Of a DNA stretch of 64,000 nucleotides, positions 51,198 to 61,569 are shown piece by piece. The stretch comes from an uncultured virus (IMG/VR IMGVR_UViG_3300027973_000046) (taxonomy: Duplodnaviria > Heunggongvirae > Uroviricota > Caudoviricetes). Every line of letters starts with the position of its first letter. Positions within the stretch are counted from its first letter, which is position 1. The translations under genes were made by a program, and so were the position numbers. The stretch covers positions 1 through 64,000 of IMG/VR virus record IMGVR_UViG_3300027973_000046, one strand, 5' to 3'. The notes under the pieces were generated by a model. The model saw nothing but the letters and a program-made list of their open reading frames with translations. It was not told the DNA's origin and searched no databases.

Positions 51198-52247
51198 TTA
51201 AGAAGCAACCTTAACGTTCTTTACAACGACCCAAGCGTCTGCCTGCTCGATTTGAACGCCAACACGAGTATACATTGTGTACTCGATTGTGTCTTTACGT
51301 GGCTGGAAGAAACGGTAAACAGTTACATCACGCTTGATACCAATAACTACGTTATTTGGGAATGTCAAGTGGACGTCTCCGTGTGAACCTGATGGGGTTG
51401 CGTATGTACCTGTCTGTGTCTCAGGTAGCAATGGAACTTCAACGATTGGAATACCAAATGCGTATGGAGCTACATATCCTGCTGGACCTCCAAGAACTGG
51501 AACATCACCACGGATAATGCCAGAGGCAATATCTTGTGGAGTAACGTTCTGAATGTTCTGTGAGTTAGAGAACAAGTAATCCTGGATCAAGTTTGATCCA
51601 GCAAGGAAGCGAAGGTCTGTGCGACGTTGCTTGTACTTACGTGGCATAGCCTTTAGTGCTGAGTTAAATACGTTACGGGAAATTCCCGCACCTGCTGCAT
51701 CTACTACGCGACCATGTGTCTTTGCCTTCTTAACTGCACCGTCAAATGACTTGTACAGAGCATCGCTTGAAAGTGATGTATCACCGTTAAGAATAAGATC
51801 TTCGATGTCATTTCCAGCTTGTGTTGCCATCATACGTGCAATATGATCTTCAAGATCTGCACCTTCGATGTTGTCTTCTAGAGACTCAGTTGAAAGTTCC
51901 CAGTCCATGCGGAGCTTCTTTGTTGTTAGAGAAATTTTTGAGAAAGTAACACCCTGGTTTATAGCTGTGTTTTCGCCTTCGGATGCAAGTTTTACAAGCT
52001 TCTCTCCTACTGACATACGATCAATTTCTGTTGTGTCGGATTTCATACGGACCGTACGTGCAACTTTACCAATTACGGTAGCATCGAACATATAGTCCAA
52101 GAATCGTGCTGATTGTTCTGGGTTTAGAAGTCCACCGTTGCCATTTTCTGAAGCAACATGAACGCCTGAACCACCTGTTGAGGAACCGAATCCAGTTGAT
52201 ACTGTTGTACCAGCTGCTGCGGCCTTTTCTAATAATTCATTACTCAT
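51198..52247 (-). CDS. Major capsid protein (HK97 fold)
   Basis: GGLLNPEQSARF, ELSTESLEDNIE, DIEDLILNGD, AFGIPIVEVP. Confidence 0.92.
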   Translation of the reverse strand: MSNELLEKAAAAGTTVSTGFGSSTGGSGVHVASENGNGGLLNPEQSARFLDYMFDATVIGKVARTVRMKSDTTEIDRMSVGEKLVKLASEGENTAINQGVTFSKISLTTKKLRMDWELSTESLEDNIEGADLEDHIARMMATQAGNDIEDLILNGDTSLSSDALYKSFDGAVKKAKTHGRVVDAAGAGISRNVFNSALKAMPRKYKQRRTDLRFLAGSNLIQDYLFSNSQNIQNVTPQDIASGIIRGDVPVLGGPAGYVAPYAFGIPIVEVPLLPETQTGTYATPSGSHGDVHLTFPNNVVIGIKRDVTVYRFFQPRKDTIEYTMYTRVGVQIEQADAWVVVKNVKVAS

Positions 52248-52268
52248 TTTTATTTCACCTACCTTATT

Positions 52269-53594
52269 TTAGTTAAAGATTTCATTTACGGAACCGAGGA
52301 AAGCTCCAGACCATTTTGATTTTGATTTGGTAAATACCTCAGACCCGCCAAGGTCAGAGGACTTCTTAATTGCGGTATCGCCTTCTACGGCATCAACCTG
52401 CTTTTGAACACCATCAATGGTGCCCTTTATTTCTGTCACAGCAGCACTAAGTGCGCTGTGCTTTTCTGCCAACTCAGAAATTCTATCATCTACGCTTTTG
52501 CTGAAAGCTTCAACAGATGTTTTAATCTCTGTGACCTGTGCAGCATTCGCTTCTGTAGCCTTTGTGAGTGTCTCTGCGAAAAAGCCTTTTAGATCGCCTA
52601 ACATCTTTGCAAAATCAGGTTCATCAACCATGACCTCAGCATTATCGAGTTCGGCTGCTTTTTCAACGGAGTCGGCAGGAGCTGTATCTTCTGCTGTTTC
52701 TTCAACAATTACATCTGTAATTGGGGCTTCTACAACATCGACAGACTTTTCAATAATTGTTTCTGCTTCTACGGCTTCGACAACTACATCATTTGTTACG
52801 TCTGACATCTCATTACCTCCTTCTACGTTTGCCTGTTTTGCTAATTGTGTTTCAGGCAACGGTAATCTTGACTTCTTAAATGAAGCAAGAATCTTATCTA
52901 TTTCTTTTGACTTATTTATATCTGAACTTTCTACCCAGCCTATTAGCGAAGCTGGCTTTCCAGATATTGGTGAATCAAAAGTTTTTTCTGTGGACATGAA
53001 AACTGAGTCGCTGTCTTCGCAATAAAAAATATTTTCTGTTACTACATTTGCAGCAAGGCCTTTGTAAATCATTTGTCCGTTAACTTTTTCTATTGACAAA
53101 ATATTACATAGCTCGTTTGCTGGTGAATCAACAATTGAAAGTTCAACTAAATCGTAGTCCTTGATAAATCTAACCGCTTCTCCCGTTGCTTTGTTAACTT
53201 CGTTGTCTGACTCTTTAATTTTTCCGCCAATTGAAAAACCAGAAAGAGTGCCATCAAGAACTTTTTCCCAAGTATCTTGTGCACCCTTTGAAATGTATGA
53301 AGTTACATAAACTCCATTGTAAAAAGTTTGAGACTTTTGATCGTAATATGTTTCTGGCTTAAATGAAACAACTTTACCTACTGCATTTGACTGATGCATC
53401 TCACGAAGATTTCCTCTGAAGTTTTCAAAAGCTTTTACGCTTGCTTCTGCCGTGACTACATCGCCTGTCTGGTCAACATTATCTAATGTTGCAAAACCAG
53501 ATACAGTTCTATTTTCTCGATTGACCTTAGTAAACGGAATCGACAAATGTAGCTTGTCGCCATTACTAGACCAATGGCCTTTTTCAATGTTCAT
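52269..53594 (-). CDS. Prohead protease fused to an acidic/coiled-coil scaffold
   Basis: VDQTGD, REMH, GFSIGG, ELSIVDSPAN; E/A-rich linker; C-terminal coiled coil. Confidence 0.88.
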   Translation of the reverse strand: MNIEKGHWSSNGDKLHLSIPFTKVNRENRTVSGFATLDNVDQTGDVVTAEASVKAFENFRGNLREMHQSNAVGKVVSFKPETYYDQKSQTFYNGVYVTSYISKGAQDTWEKVLDGTLSGFSIGGKIKESDNEVNKATGEAVRFIKDYDLVELSIVDSPANELCNILSIEKVNGQMIYKGLAANVVTENIFYCEDSDSVFMSTEKTFDSPISGKPASLIGWVESSDINKSKEIDKILASFKKSRLPLPETQLAKQANVEGGNEMSDVTNDVVVEAVEAETIIEKSVDVVEAPITDVIVEETAEDTAPADSVEKAAELDNAEVMVDEPDFAKMLGDLKGFFAETLTKATEANAAQVTEIKTSVEAFSKSVDDRISELAEKHSALSAAVTEIKGTIDGVQKQVDAVEGDTAIKKSSDLGGSEVFTKSKSKWSGAFLGSVNEIFN

Positions 53595-53601
53595 ATGCTT
53601 A

Positions 53602-53630
53602 ATTTTAGTGGTTTATCTACTATAACGCAA
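53602..53630 (-). promoter_or_regulatory. Promoter for protease/capsid genes (probably leaderless)
   Basis: Minus strand TTGCGT-N17-TAAAAT-N7-ATG. Confidence 0.55.
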
Positions 53631-53647
53631 ATAACAGTTGATTAAAC

Positions 53648-55237
53648 TTATTTGACTTTTGGACCATCGCCTTTGGGGTTTCTGGCTTCTCCGCTTTTAT
53701 CTGGGGCATTGGCTGATCTTTGCTGATCTCGCTTTTTATTTCCAGTAGATTTTGCCTTCTGGTCAGCCACCTGCTGTGGCTTTAAATCTACCATTTCGTC
53801 CCCTCCTTCAACCGTTGTCATATTCTTTCTAATACGAACTTCGTTTGGAGTTATTACCTGCATTCTTAAATAAATTTCGTCAATACGGCTTTGGGTTTCT
53901 TCATCAGTAAGGCTTAATTCATTAAATTTTAATTGTACAACGTCTGTCTTTTCTGCAATTAAATAATTTAATTTCTTTTCAAGTCTATCTTGTGAAGGTC
54001 TGCAAACCTGCTCTTTAAATGTTTTGTCTGCGTCTCTGGCAGCCGCTAAGTTGATTCCTTCTGGGATACCTATCTTGCTAATTGGAACACGGTGAGCTAA
54101 AAGAATTTCATCTCTATTAGACTTACGATAGATATTAAATGAAGACTCTTGCTCTCCTGCTTCAATTGGCTCCATTTTAAATTCTGTTTTTGAGTCTGGT
54201 GTATCCGCTGGAAGTGGGATGTATAGGGATCTGTGATTCTTACCTTTAAGTCCAACTTGAAAAAACTCAAGCAATTTTCTTTCTGACTCTGGGGAAAGCT
54301 TTGCTCCCTTTACTGTAATAATATATCTTGGGACCGCTTTATTTTCAAAGTAGTCTAGGTTATATCTGCCAGCAAATTCATTTCCTGCCAGCGCTTGTTG
54401 TGCTGCAATAATGTCTGGGACTCCGTAGTAGTTATTCATTGGAGTATATTTCTTTAAATGGATAATTTCATTTGGTCGATCTTCTTGAGCGGCAATTGGG
54501 CTTGGTGTTTCCAGATCTCCAAAATTGCGGAAGTAGACTGCCTTGCCGTAAAGTAATTGAATAAACCCGTCACGGAACCTACGCACACGCATTGTTTTGG
54601 CTGGTATATGGCCGATGTAGCCTATGTCTCCAGCGGTTGTACGTCCAACCTCTATGTAACCGTTTCCAGTTGCCTCAAGGTCCGTGTAGGCCTTTATAAG
54701 GGTCTCTGTAAATGATTCCTCTTCGTTGCAATCATCAAGCCAGCGATCTAGCTGTGTTTTAATTCTATCAATTTTTGCACGTGCTCTGTCCACCTGCTTC
54801 TGATCGGTGATGGCGTCCATGGCGTCTTTGGCTTTTGATGTTTCTGTAAACATGTATCCGAGACCAACAATATTTGAAACCTTGGCGTTAATTGCTGCGT
54901 AGTTATATGTTGAAACCTCATAAATTTTTGAAAGGTATTCTAGGTTATAAGTTGGTTCTACAAGATCAAATAATGCATATCCGCTAATAGCTTGTTGCAA
55001 AAGATTTTGCTGTGTTTCGGCTCCGTCTTTACCAACAAATGCTTTTGAAAAATCACGGTTGATTTTACGTTTAAAGTTTGTTCCTAGGCCTCTAAGCTTT
55101 TTAATTTCTTCTAGGCCCATTTTAAATGGGTCTTCGGAGTCTTCCGCTTTTTGGAAATGAAACCAGTCGGATGTGTTTGAAATATCAATTGTATTAGATG
55201 ACTCATCGTCTTCTAAAACTTCTATATTGCGTGTCAT
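53648..55237 (-). CDS. Portal protein
   Basis: DLEATGNGYIE, EIIHLK..YYGVP, YFENKAVP, ILLAHRVP, ITPNEVR. Confidence 0.93.
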   Translation of the reverse strand: MTRNIEVLEDDESSNTIDISNTSDWFHFQKAEDSEDPFKMGLEEIKKLRGLGTNFKRKINRDFSKAFVGKDGAETQQNLLQQAISGYALFDLVEPTYNLEYLSKIYEVSTYNYAAINAKVSNIVGLGYMFTETSKAKDAMDAITDQKQVDRARAKIDRIKTQLDRWLDDCNEEESFTETLIKAYTDLEATGNGYIEVGRTTAGDIGYIGHIPAKTMRVRRFRDGFIQLLYGKAVYFRNFGDLETPSPIAAQEDRPNEIIHLKKYTPMNNYYGVPDIIAAQQALAGNEFAGRYNLDYFENKAVPRYIITVKGAKLSPESERKLLEFFQVGLKGKNHRSLYIPLPADTPDSKTEFKMEPIEAGEQESSFNIYRKSNRDEILLAHRVPISKIGIPEGINLAAARDADKTFKEQVCRPSQDRLEKKLNYLIAEKTDVVQLKFNELSLTDEETQSRIDEIYLRMQVITPNEVRIRKNMTTVEGGDEMVDLKPQQVADQKAKSTGNKKRDQQRSANAPDKSGEARNPKGDGPKVK

Positions 55238-55572
55238 TGTACTTTACCGCCTCTTGATACAGAGTCCTTGTAAACCCCTATGTCGTATGGATCTGGGGGG
55301 AGTCCCCATCTAAGTCTTTGTTCTTGCTCTTCAAGCTCTTCGTTGTTAATTTTTCTGCGCCCTGAAAGGAATTTAGGTTGGCCCTCATGAATACCGTATG
55401 AGCGAACCTCTCTAGCCAAAGCATCGATTTTGGATCTATTGCCTTTGATTGCCGTGATCGAAAGAAAATTGCCATCATCATCTCCAATCCATCTGCCATC
55501 AGGCATTTCCCAGACATATATGCCAAGGGTTGTCTCTTCGACAATTTTAGTGTTTTTCTTTAAGATATCCAT
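55234..55572 (-). CDS. Conserved hypothetical phage protein
   Basis: GIYVWEMPDG..GDDDGNFLSI, GLPPDPYD; ATGA coupling to the portal gene. Confidence 0.65.
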   Translation of the reverse strand: MDILKKNTKIVEETTLGIYVWEMPDGRWIGDDDGNFLSITAIKGNRSKIDALAREVRSYGIHEGQPKFLSGRRKINNEELEEQEQRLRWGLPPDPYDIGVYKDSVSRGGKVQ

Positions 55573-55634
55573 AGACCACAATCATACCATTATCTGAGAC
55601 CAAAGTCCAGATTTATGCCATACCTTTGCAAATA

Positions 55635-57440
55635 TTAAAGACTTACTGACAGGGGCTCTACAGAAGTCAATGTGAATGAAGTAGAGTCATTCCCGCTTGT
55701 TGCCTCAGATATAGTCATATTGGTGTCATCTATACGGTTTACAATATTTCCAGTATATAGCAAATAGTGTTGGGCTATTTTGGCCTGTGTGAGTGCCTCT
55801 TGATATATAGCCAAATTGTTATACATGCTTCCAATTCCTGATTTTGAATCTGTCTGGTTTTGATTAAATTTTAAGTTAGATGCAGCCGAGGTAAAGGTTA
55901 TAACAACATGGTGGGGAAGCCCTACTGACATAAAGTCAAAAACATTTGTCTCGGCTGTCCTATTTATGCCATTTACATATATTGAAGAAATTGCTGTTTT
56001 AGATATAGCCCCAGAAGATGACCATTCATATATTTTTGAAGAAGCAGATACCAATACATTTTCTCCCAATTCTGGGGTAAATATCATTTCAACTGATCTA
56101 ACATCTGGTATGTTGTTTAAGCTAAACCCATGCCCATTATGCATCTTTAATCCATTGTTCTTATTGTAAGATAGAATTCTTTCATTGTTTCTTGGCAAAG
56201 CATAGTCAAAATTTGATGATACATAATACCCAGAGTTGTCGCTATAAAAATTTTTTGAACTATAAAACAATATCTCTAGATTTCTTAATATAGGCTGATA
56301 CTTGCTTGTGTCATCTGATGACATGGTGACTCTTAACTCTAATATATCTGCTATCTGATTATCATTTTTATTATAGTATGGGAGGGGGCTTCCGTTTTTA
56401 CACTCTTTCCATTCCGCCCCATCTATTTTTACCTCGACCTTAATTCCTTTTACATTATTAGACCAGTATATTTGACTGGTGGATATGTCTAAGTAATTAG
56501 GGACAATAAAATAATCTGTAAAGGAATGGCTTACTGCAACTGGCTCGGTGGTTTCTGGTAAATATAAATAAGATCCATCATTAGATAAAGACATTCCGCT
56601 TGCAAATACGTCTGCCCAGGATCTTGATTCTGGATAGGAGAACTTAAACTTTGGTTTAATTGCAGAGGAGTTCATACTAAACATGTACCCGCCATCTGAA
56701 TCAACTATCTGAGATGAATTAATTTCTTTTATTCCTTCAAGGTAATGCTGCTTGATTTGATTTGGGGAAAGATTAAATTTATAAAACCCTACACAGTCAA
56801 TAACAAATTTTCCATCCGCTGGACCTGTTTTAAAGTTAATAGTTGCGTTAGAGAATCTATATCCTTCTACTGAAGCCGTGTCAACAATATATCCGTTTAC
56901 ATAAAGAGAGATTGATGAATTTTGAAATATACCAACTACATACAAAGACTCTGCGTTTGATGCAGTATAATGAGCTTCGGCTGAGCCAACCCTAAAAACA
57001 ATATTTCCATTTTTATAAAAAATACCTGCATTAATAGATGTGTCTGCGACTATTGTTATATCGCTTTCAATTGGTGGAAGGGAGCACCAAGCTTCAAGCG
57101 TAAAAGAATCATCGCTATTGTATTCATTTGCAATACCCTGACAAATATAATTAATAGATGTATAAGGAAGAACCTGAGTGCCTCTTATTCCACCAGAAAT
57201 TAATGGCATTAACTCTTTTGTTGAAGAGTTTACTGCATATCCATTGTTTAAATTTCCAGAGTAATCATATACAGGCAAACCGCTTAATGCAGAGTATGTT
57301 AACCCGCTGTCCTTTAGTTGCTGATATGTTGCAAATTGAGAAATTAGTCCCGAGTAAGATGCTATGTTGCCTGATATAACTTCGTCTAACAAATAAAATG
57401 ATGTTGGATGGTCATTTAAGACTACGCTTTTGTATGACAT
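55635..57440 (-). CDS. LamG/concanavalin A-like virion protein
   Basis: MSY..VLNDHP..FYLLDE, DYSGN, FTLEAW, LYVNG, L..NQIKQHY (repeated at the C-terminus). Confidence 0.75.
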   Translation of the reverse strand: MSYKSVVLNDHPTSFYLLDEVISGNIASYSGLISQFATYQQLKDSGLTYSALSGLPVYDYSGNLNNGYAVNSSTKELMPLISGGIRGTQVLPYTSINYICQGIANEYNSDDSFTLEAWCSLPPIESDITIVADTSINAGIFYKNGNIVFRVGSAEAHYTASNAESLYVVGIFQNSSISLYVNGYIVDTASVEGYRFSNATINFKTGPADGKFVIDCVGFYKFNLSPNQIKQHYLEGIKEINSSQIVDSDGGYMFSMNSSAIKPKFKFSYPESRSWADVFASGMSLSNDGSYLYLPETTEPVAVSHSFTDYFIVPNYLDISTSQIYWSNNVKGIKVEVKIDGAEWKECKNGSPLPYYNKNDNQIADILELRVTMSSDDTSKYQPILRNLEILFYSSKNFYSDNSGYYVSSNFDYALPRNNERILSYNKNNGLKMHNGHGFSLNNIPDVRSVEMIFTPELGENVLVSASSKIYEWSSSGAISKTAISSIYVNGINRTAETNVFDFMSVGLPHHVVITFTSAASNLKFNQNQTDSKSGIGSMYNNLAIYQEALTQAKIAQHYLLYTGNIVNRIDDTNMTISEATSGNDSTSFTLTSVEPLSVSL

Positions 57441-57447
57441 CCCAAGC

Positions 57448-58605
57448 CTACTTTTCTTCTAGTGATTTTACTCTTGCCGTAAGCTCTTGTACCGCTTTAA
57501 TTAAAGGAGAAATAAACTCTTCATATCTTAATGCTTGTTGGCCTTCTGGATCTGCAATATCGGATATAACCCATCCACCAAAATCTGAAACATTTGCTTG
57601 ATCTAAAACAGATTTAACCTGCTGGGCAATTAATCCGTAGTGAGTTCTATTTCCATCAATTTTATTATACTTTACTGGCTCAAGACTATTTATAAAAGAT
57701 AGCCCAAGGTCAGAAGGCAAAATATTTTCTTTTGTTCTTTGATCTGATATAACAGTAGCTGCTGAATTTAAATATATATTTTTCCAGCCTCTTGTTACGT
57801 TATCTGGGCCAGAGTTTATTGGTCCAAGTAAACCTAAACTAAAGCTGTTAGTTACAAACGGATACCAAGAAGAGTTAACACCAGTAGACGAAGTGGCCGT
57901 GGCTACCAATGAAATTCTTGTTGCAATTGGATCTATGCTAGGAGATGGGCCTGTTGCGCCTGTTGCGCCAGGAGCGCCAGCAGCGCCAGGAGCGCCATCT
58001 GCGCCTCTTGGAATAGTAAAGTTTAAAACAACATCATTAGCTGTTCCAGAATTTGTTACTGCAGCTTGGGAACCAGCAGCACCTGTTGTGACTGTCGGGG
58101 ATATTGCAATTGTTGCCGCAGGAAATCCCTGTAAGCCTCTTTCGCCAGTATCTCCCTTAGCTCCGTTTGTTCCATTTGTTCCATTTGTTCCTGGGGTTCC
58201 AGGTTCGCCTTTGTCACCTTTGGGAAGTATTAGGTTTAAAATTTGTGACGGAGAGGATCCAGTAATTGTTGCAGATGCGGTTAATCCTGAATCTACTGTT
58301 CCTATTGATAAAATATTAGAGGGTCCTGGTCCGCCTAAAATTCCGTCTTGACCTCTTGGTATATTAAATGTCAAAGATTGTGTAGGTGATGTTCCGCTAA
58401 TTGTTACTGAGGCACTCTGTCCAGCATTAAGTGTATTTGTTGCGGCTACGCTTAGTGTATTGGATGGACCAGTTAGGCCTTGTGGTCCAGGATTTGCTGC
58501 AATAAAAGCAGCGATGTCTGTTCCTAAAATACCAAGATCTCTAGGTACGTCGGGTGAGTCCGAGTAACTTGGGAAACGCCATCCATTAACGCCTGTAGTT
58601 GCCAT
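57448..58605 (-). CDS. Collagen-like fibre protein with C-terminal S74 chaperone
   Basis: Gly-X-Y tracts alternating with three 'xGTV..ASxTIxG..LNFxIPRG' units; SDQRTKENI..GLIAQQV..LRYEEFI. Confidence 0.85.
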   Translation of the reverse strand: MATTGVNGWRFPSYSDSPDVPRDLGILGTDIAAFIAANPGPQGLTGPSNTLSVAATNTLNAGQSASVTISGTSPTQSLTFNIPRGQDGILGGPGPSNILSIGTVDSGLTASATITGSSPSQILNLILPKGDKGEPGTPGTNGTNGTNGAKGDTGERGLQGFPAATIAISPTVTTGAAGSQAAVTNSGTANDVVLNFTIPRGADGAPGAAGAPGATGATGPSPSIDPIATRISLVATATSSTGVNSSWYPFVTNSFSLGLLGPINSGPDNVTRGWKNIYLNSAATVISDQRTKENILPSDLGLSFINSLEPVKYNKIDGNRTHYGLIAQQVKSVLDQANVSDFGGWVISDIADPEGQQALRYEEFISPLIKAVQELTARVKSLEEK

Positions 58606-58622
58606 TTTTTAATTATACCACC

Positions 58623-59285
58623 TTAGATCTTATATGCAGATAAGTGTGAAGTATATCTTTCGCCAGACACAACTTCTTTAACTTCATGAAGATACGGCTC
58701 TTGGCTTGGAAAAATAACAAGACTTCCTGGTGCTGGCTTTAACGATATGTTATGGTTTGGGAAGCTTATTTCTCCACCTTCATATTCATCGTTTATGTAA
58801 GTTATCATAGAAAATGCTAGGTCTGTGTCTCCGTCGTAGCTATCGCAATGTGGACCCATTGCAGATCCTTTTACCCAGCGCCTTAATGGAATGCTTTGCA
58901 TCTTAAGGCTATATGAATTCTTGTCTAGCTGGTGCGAAGCCAAATACATTTCAAAAGACATCTGTGCTGCCATTTCAAAACTGTTTTTAATATAAAGTAT
59001 TTTTTGGTTTAGCTTTTCATCATCTGTTTTATTCAATACATTTTCTGTTAAAATATTTTTGTTGTTTCCATAAATAAGAGAAGCGTCATTGCTTGCTGTC
59101 CAGTCTTCCCACTTTGTAATTGCCTGGTGGCTTCGTTCGTCTGCATCCACAAGGTGTATAAACTTTAATAGCTCTTCTGGGTAGCTTAAAACATTTTTAA
59201 AGTACCATATGTCTTTTTCAAGAATTTGTACGTCAAACATGTGATACATGTCGTTTGGGTTAAATGTTTCTTTTGATATTTCCAT
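58623..59285 (-). CDS. 2OG-Fe(II) oxygenase (P4H-like)
   Basis: PHCD, YINDEYEGGEI, HEV, ERY. Confidence 0.9.
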   Translation of the reverse strand: MEISKETFNPNDMYHMFDVQILEKDIWYFKNVLSYPEELLKFIHLVDADERSHQAITKWEDWTASNDASLIYGNNKNILTENVLNKTDDEKLNQKILYIKNSFEMAAQMSFEMYLASHQLDKNSYSLKMQSIPLRRWVKGSAMGPHCDSYDGDTDLAFSMITYINDEYEGGEISFPNHNISLKPAPGSLVIFPSQEPYLHEVKEVVSGERYTSHLSAYKI

Positions 59286-60043
59286 TAAATATTCTCCACT
59301 TCAGACGCTGGGATATTGTACCCATCGGGGGTTAATCTTAAACCTTTTTCACGAACTTTTTTCCAGTCTTCTTGTTCGCCTTTTTGCATTGCCCTAACTT
59401 CTGCTAATTCTTTTGCCCATTCGTCACGGACTTCTTGTGGGTAATCTGATTCTTCTCTGTCGTCCCAGAATGATCCAAGTGTATATCTTGGACTACCTTT
59501 TACTACTGTTACCTCGTGCATATTTTTATGCCCGCCGTGAAAAATTAAAAATGATCCAGCTTTTGGAACAATTTCCATTGGAAGGTTTCCGTGATCAGCG
59601 TCAAATTTTAATGTCCCTCCTTCAAAGTCATCATTCAGGTATAAGAATCCAGCATATCTACTTCTAGTAAATGCTCCCATCTTACCTTTATTGTCACTGT
59701 TGTCGGAATGCTTTGGGGCAAATGCTCCTGGCAACCATCTCTGCACGTGAAAACTTATTTTTGACATATCTGAAACATTTTTATTTGCAACTTCAGATGC
59801 AGCTACTTTAAATTTTTCTTGTATATCTGTAAACCAAGTATTTGATAAATTAAATTTTTCTAGTATTGGCTCTCCGTCGTAAGGATACCTAGCAGAATAA
59901 GATTCATAAAAAGAAATTCCTTTCCAGTAATCCTCATCAGTTTCCTCTAATTCTTTTAAAACATTAATTACAGAAGTGCATTCCTCTGGTGTAATAAAAC
60001 CTTCATATAAAAATATATCATCAGATAGCTTTATTAGATTCAT
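59285..60043 (-). CDS. 2OG-Fe(II) oxygenase (P4H-like)
   Basis: KHSD, LYLNDDFEGG, HEV, PRY. Confidence 0.9.
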   Translation of the reverse strand: MNLIKLSDDIFLYEGFITPEECTSVINVLKELEETDEDYWKGISFYESYSARYPYDGEPILEKFNLSNTWFTDIQEKFKVAASEVANKNVSDMSKISFHVQRWLPGAFAPKHSDNSDNKGKMGAFTRSRYAGFLYLNDDFEGGTLKFDADHGNLPMEIVPKAGSFLIFHGGHKNMHEVTVVKGSPRYTLGSFWDDREESDYPQEVRDEWAKELAEVRAMQKGEQEDWKKVREKGLRLTPDGYNIPASEVENI

Positions 60044-60861
60044 TACATTGCACCAGGTCCCGATTTGTCTCCAACCAAATCGTCATACTCTACTGGCTTT
60101 CCGTCTTGCAAATATCTCATATTTCTTGGATCTTCAAAATCAATTCTTTTTGATTCTTTTTTCATCCAGTTGTATGCTCCAAAAGTAAGTTGGTTTTGTA
60201 GCCATTCTTTTGAGCCAGCATATCTGTGCATTACAAAGTTTCTAACAAAAAACTTTTCTCCATTGTAAATTGTTTTAACTCCATGAAAATATGGTTCGTC
60301 TGAAGGAAACACTAAAATGTCTCCAGCCTGTGGCTTGTGATTTACTATCTTGCCATCAACAACAAACTCAATGTCTCCGCCGTCATAATCATCATTGATA
60401 TACATTGTGCATGTAAGTAAGAATTTTGGTCCAGGCATTTCTCTTTGAGAAATAATATAGTCTGTGTGGTACTGCATTGTCATTTTGTTTTCTAAAACAT
60501 CAACCTGGTCGTTATATTTTGAGAATGAGGATCCAGTAAAATACCAGTCTTCTGGTAGCTCAACTCCGTGTCTGGTGATGTAGTCATTTAAAACTAGGTC
60601 GTAGGCATCTTGAACCTGTTTAGCAAAATCTTTTTCTTCGATAAACATTGGGTCCTGATTGTCTTGATTTATTTCAGCAGTATCTTTTATTTGTGTATAT
60701 GTTCCAAAAGATGCCCACTTGTCCCAATTTTTTAAATAATGCTTTCCTTCAGATGTTCTTTCTGATTTTTTCATTGTTTCGTATAAAGCTTTTGGGTCAC
60801 GCAAAACATTTCTGTATACATCTACTTTTGGGTATAACTCTACATATTCTAAATTACTCAT
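60043..60861 (-). CDS. 2OG-Fe(II) oxygenase (P4H-like)
   Basis: YHTD, YINDDYDGGDI, HGV, EKF. Confidence 0.9.
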   Translation of the reverse strand: MSNLEYVELYPKVDVYRNVLRDPKALYETMKKSERTSEGKHYLKNWDKWASFGTYTQIKDTAEINQDNQDPMFIEEKDFAKQVQDAYDLVLNDYITRHGVELPEDWYFTGSSFSKYNDQVDVLENKMTMQYHTDYIISQREMPGPKFLLTCTMYINDDYDGGDIEFVVDGKIVNHKPQAGDILVFPSDEPYFHGVKTIYNGEKFFVRNFVMHRYAGSKEWLQNQLTFGAYNWMKKESKRIDFEDPRNMRYLQDGKPVEYDDLVGDKSGPGAM

Positions 60862-61547
60862 GGTTGTTTGTCTCCAGTATGCTTTTGTATTGTCCAAAAA
60901 AACGGCGATGTAAATCTATTACCAGATTTTACTGGGCGGACTCCGTGTGTATAAAACCTATCTCCTGGGAAGAAATAAGCAGCTCCTGCTTTTGGCTTAA
61001 ACTCTATTCCGTGTTGCGGAAAATAAAGTTCTCCGCCTTCGTAATCATCATTAAAATAAAATAATCCCGATAAATCGTACCAAGGAAAATCATTTGCTCT
61101 TCCCTGTTCAATTCCTGTGTGGAATTCTTTATCGGCATGTGGCTCTTGTCTTGCACCTATTGGCCACCTTACAATTGCTGGGCCAGTTTCTTTTGCATCA
61201 ACATCAAAAAATTTGTCTACTTCAATTTTTAATCTTGCAATCATGCTATTTATTAACTCAAGAATTGTTGGGTCTGACGCCATGAGGGAATTGTATGTAC
61301 ATACCCTATCCTTCCAAATGTCCGCGTCGTATAAAACAAGACCATCTTCATCTTTATGGGTTTCTGTGTGGTCCCAAATTTTATTATTTAAAGCAAAATT
61401 AATAAGTCTTTCTCGCTCTTCTGTGGTTAAAAAATTCTCTAACTCTACGATGTTATCGGAAGAGTCTCCAAAAAAACCAGATGGAGTTATTGACTTGGGG
61501 GCGTTATGCTTATTCCAGTCGTTTGCTATTGCTTGATTATTATTCAT
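60858..61547 (-). CDS. 2OG-Fe(II) oxygenase (P4H-like)
   Basis: PHAD, YFNDDYEGGEL, HGV, NRF. Confidence 0.9.
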   Translation of the reverse strand: MNNNQAIANDWNKHNAPKSITPSGFFGDSSDNIVELENFLTTEERERLINFALNNKIWDHTETHKDEDGLVLYDADIWKDRVCTYNSLMASDPTILELINSMIARLKIEVDKFFDVDAKETGPAIVRWPIGARQEPHADKEFHTGIEQGRANDFPWYDLSGLFYFNDDYEGGELYFPQHGIEFKPKAGAAYFFPGDRFYTHGVRPVKSGNRFTSPFFWTIQKHTGDKQP

Positions 61548-61569
61548 ATTATCATTATACCATTTCTAT

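Noticed and set aside
52417..53025. 202-aa plus-strand Ser/Thr-rich ORF
   Set aside because: Antisense mirror of the Glu/Val/Ala-rich scaffold region.
57950..58215. Short 9-bp tandem repeats (TTTGTTCCA, GCGCCAGGA-like)
   Set aside because: Explained by collagen Gly-X-Y coding; not a VNTR, CRISPR or DGR element.
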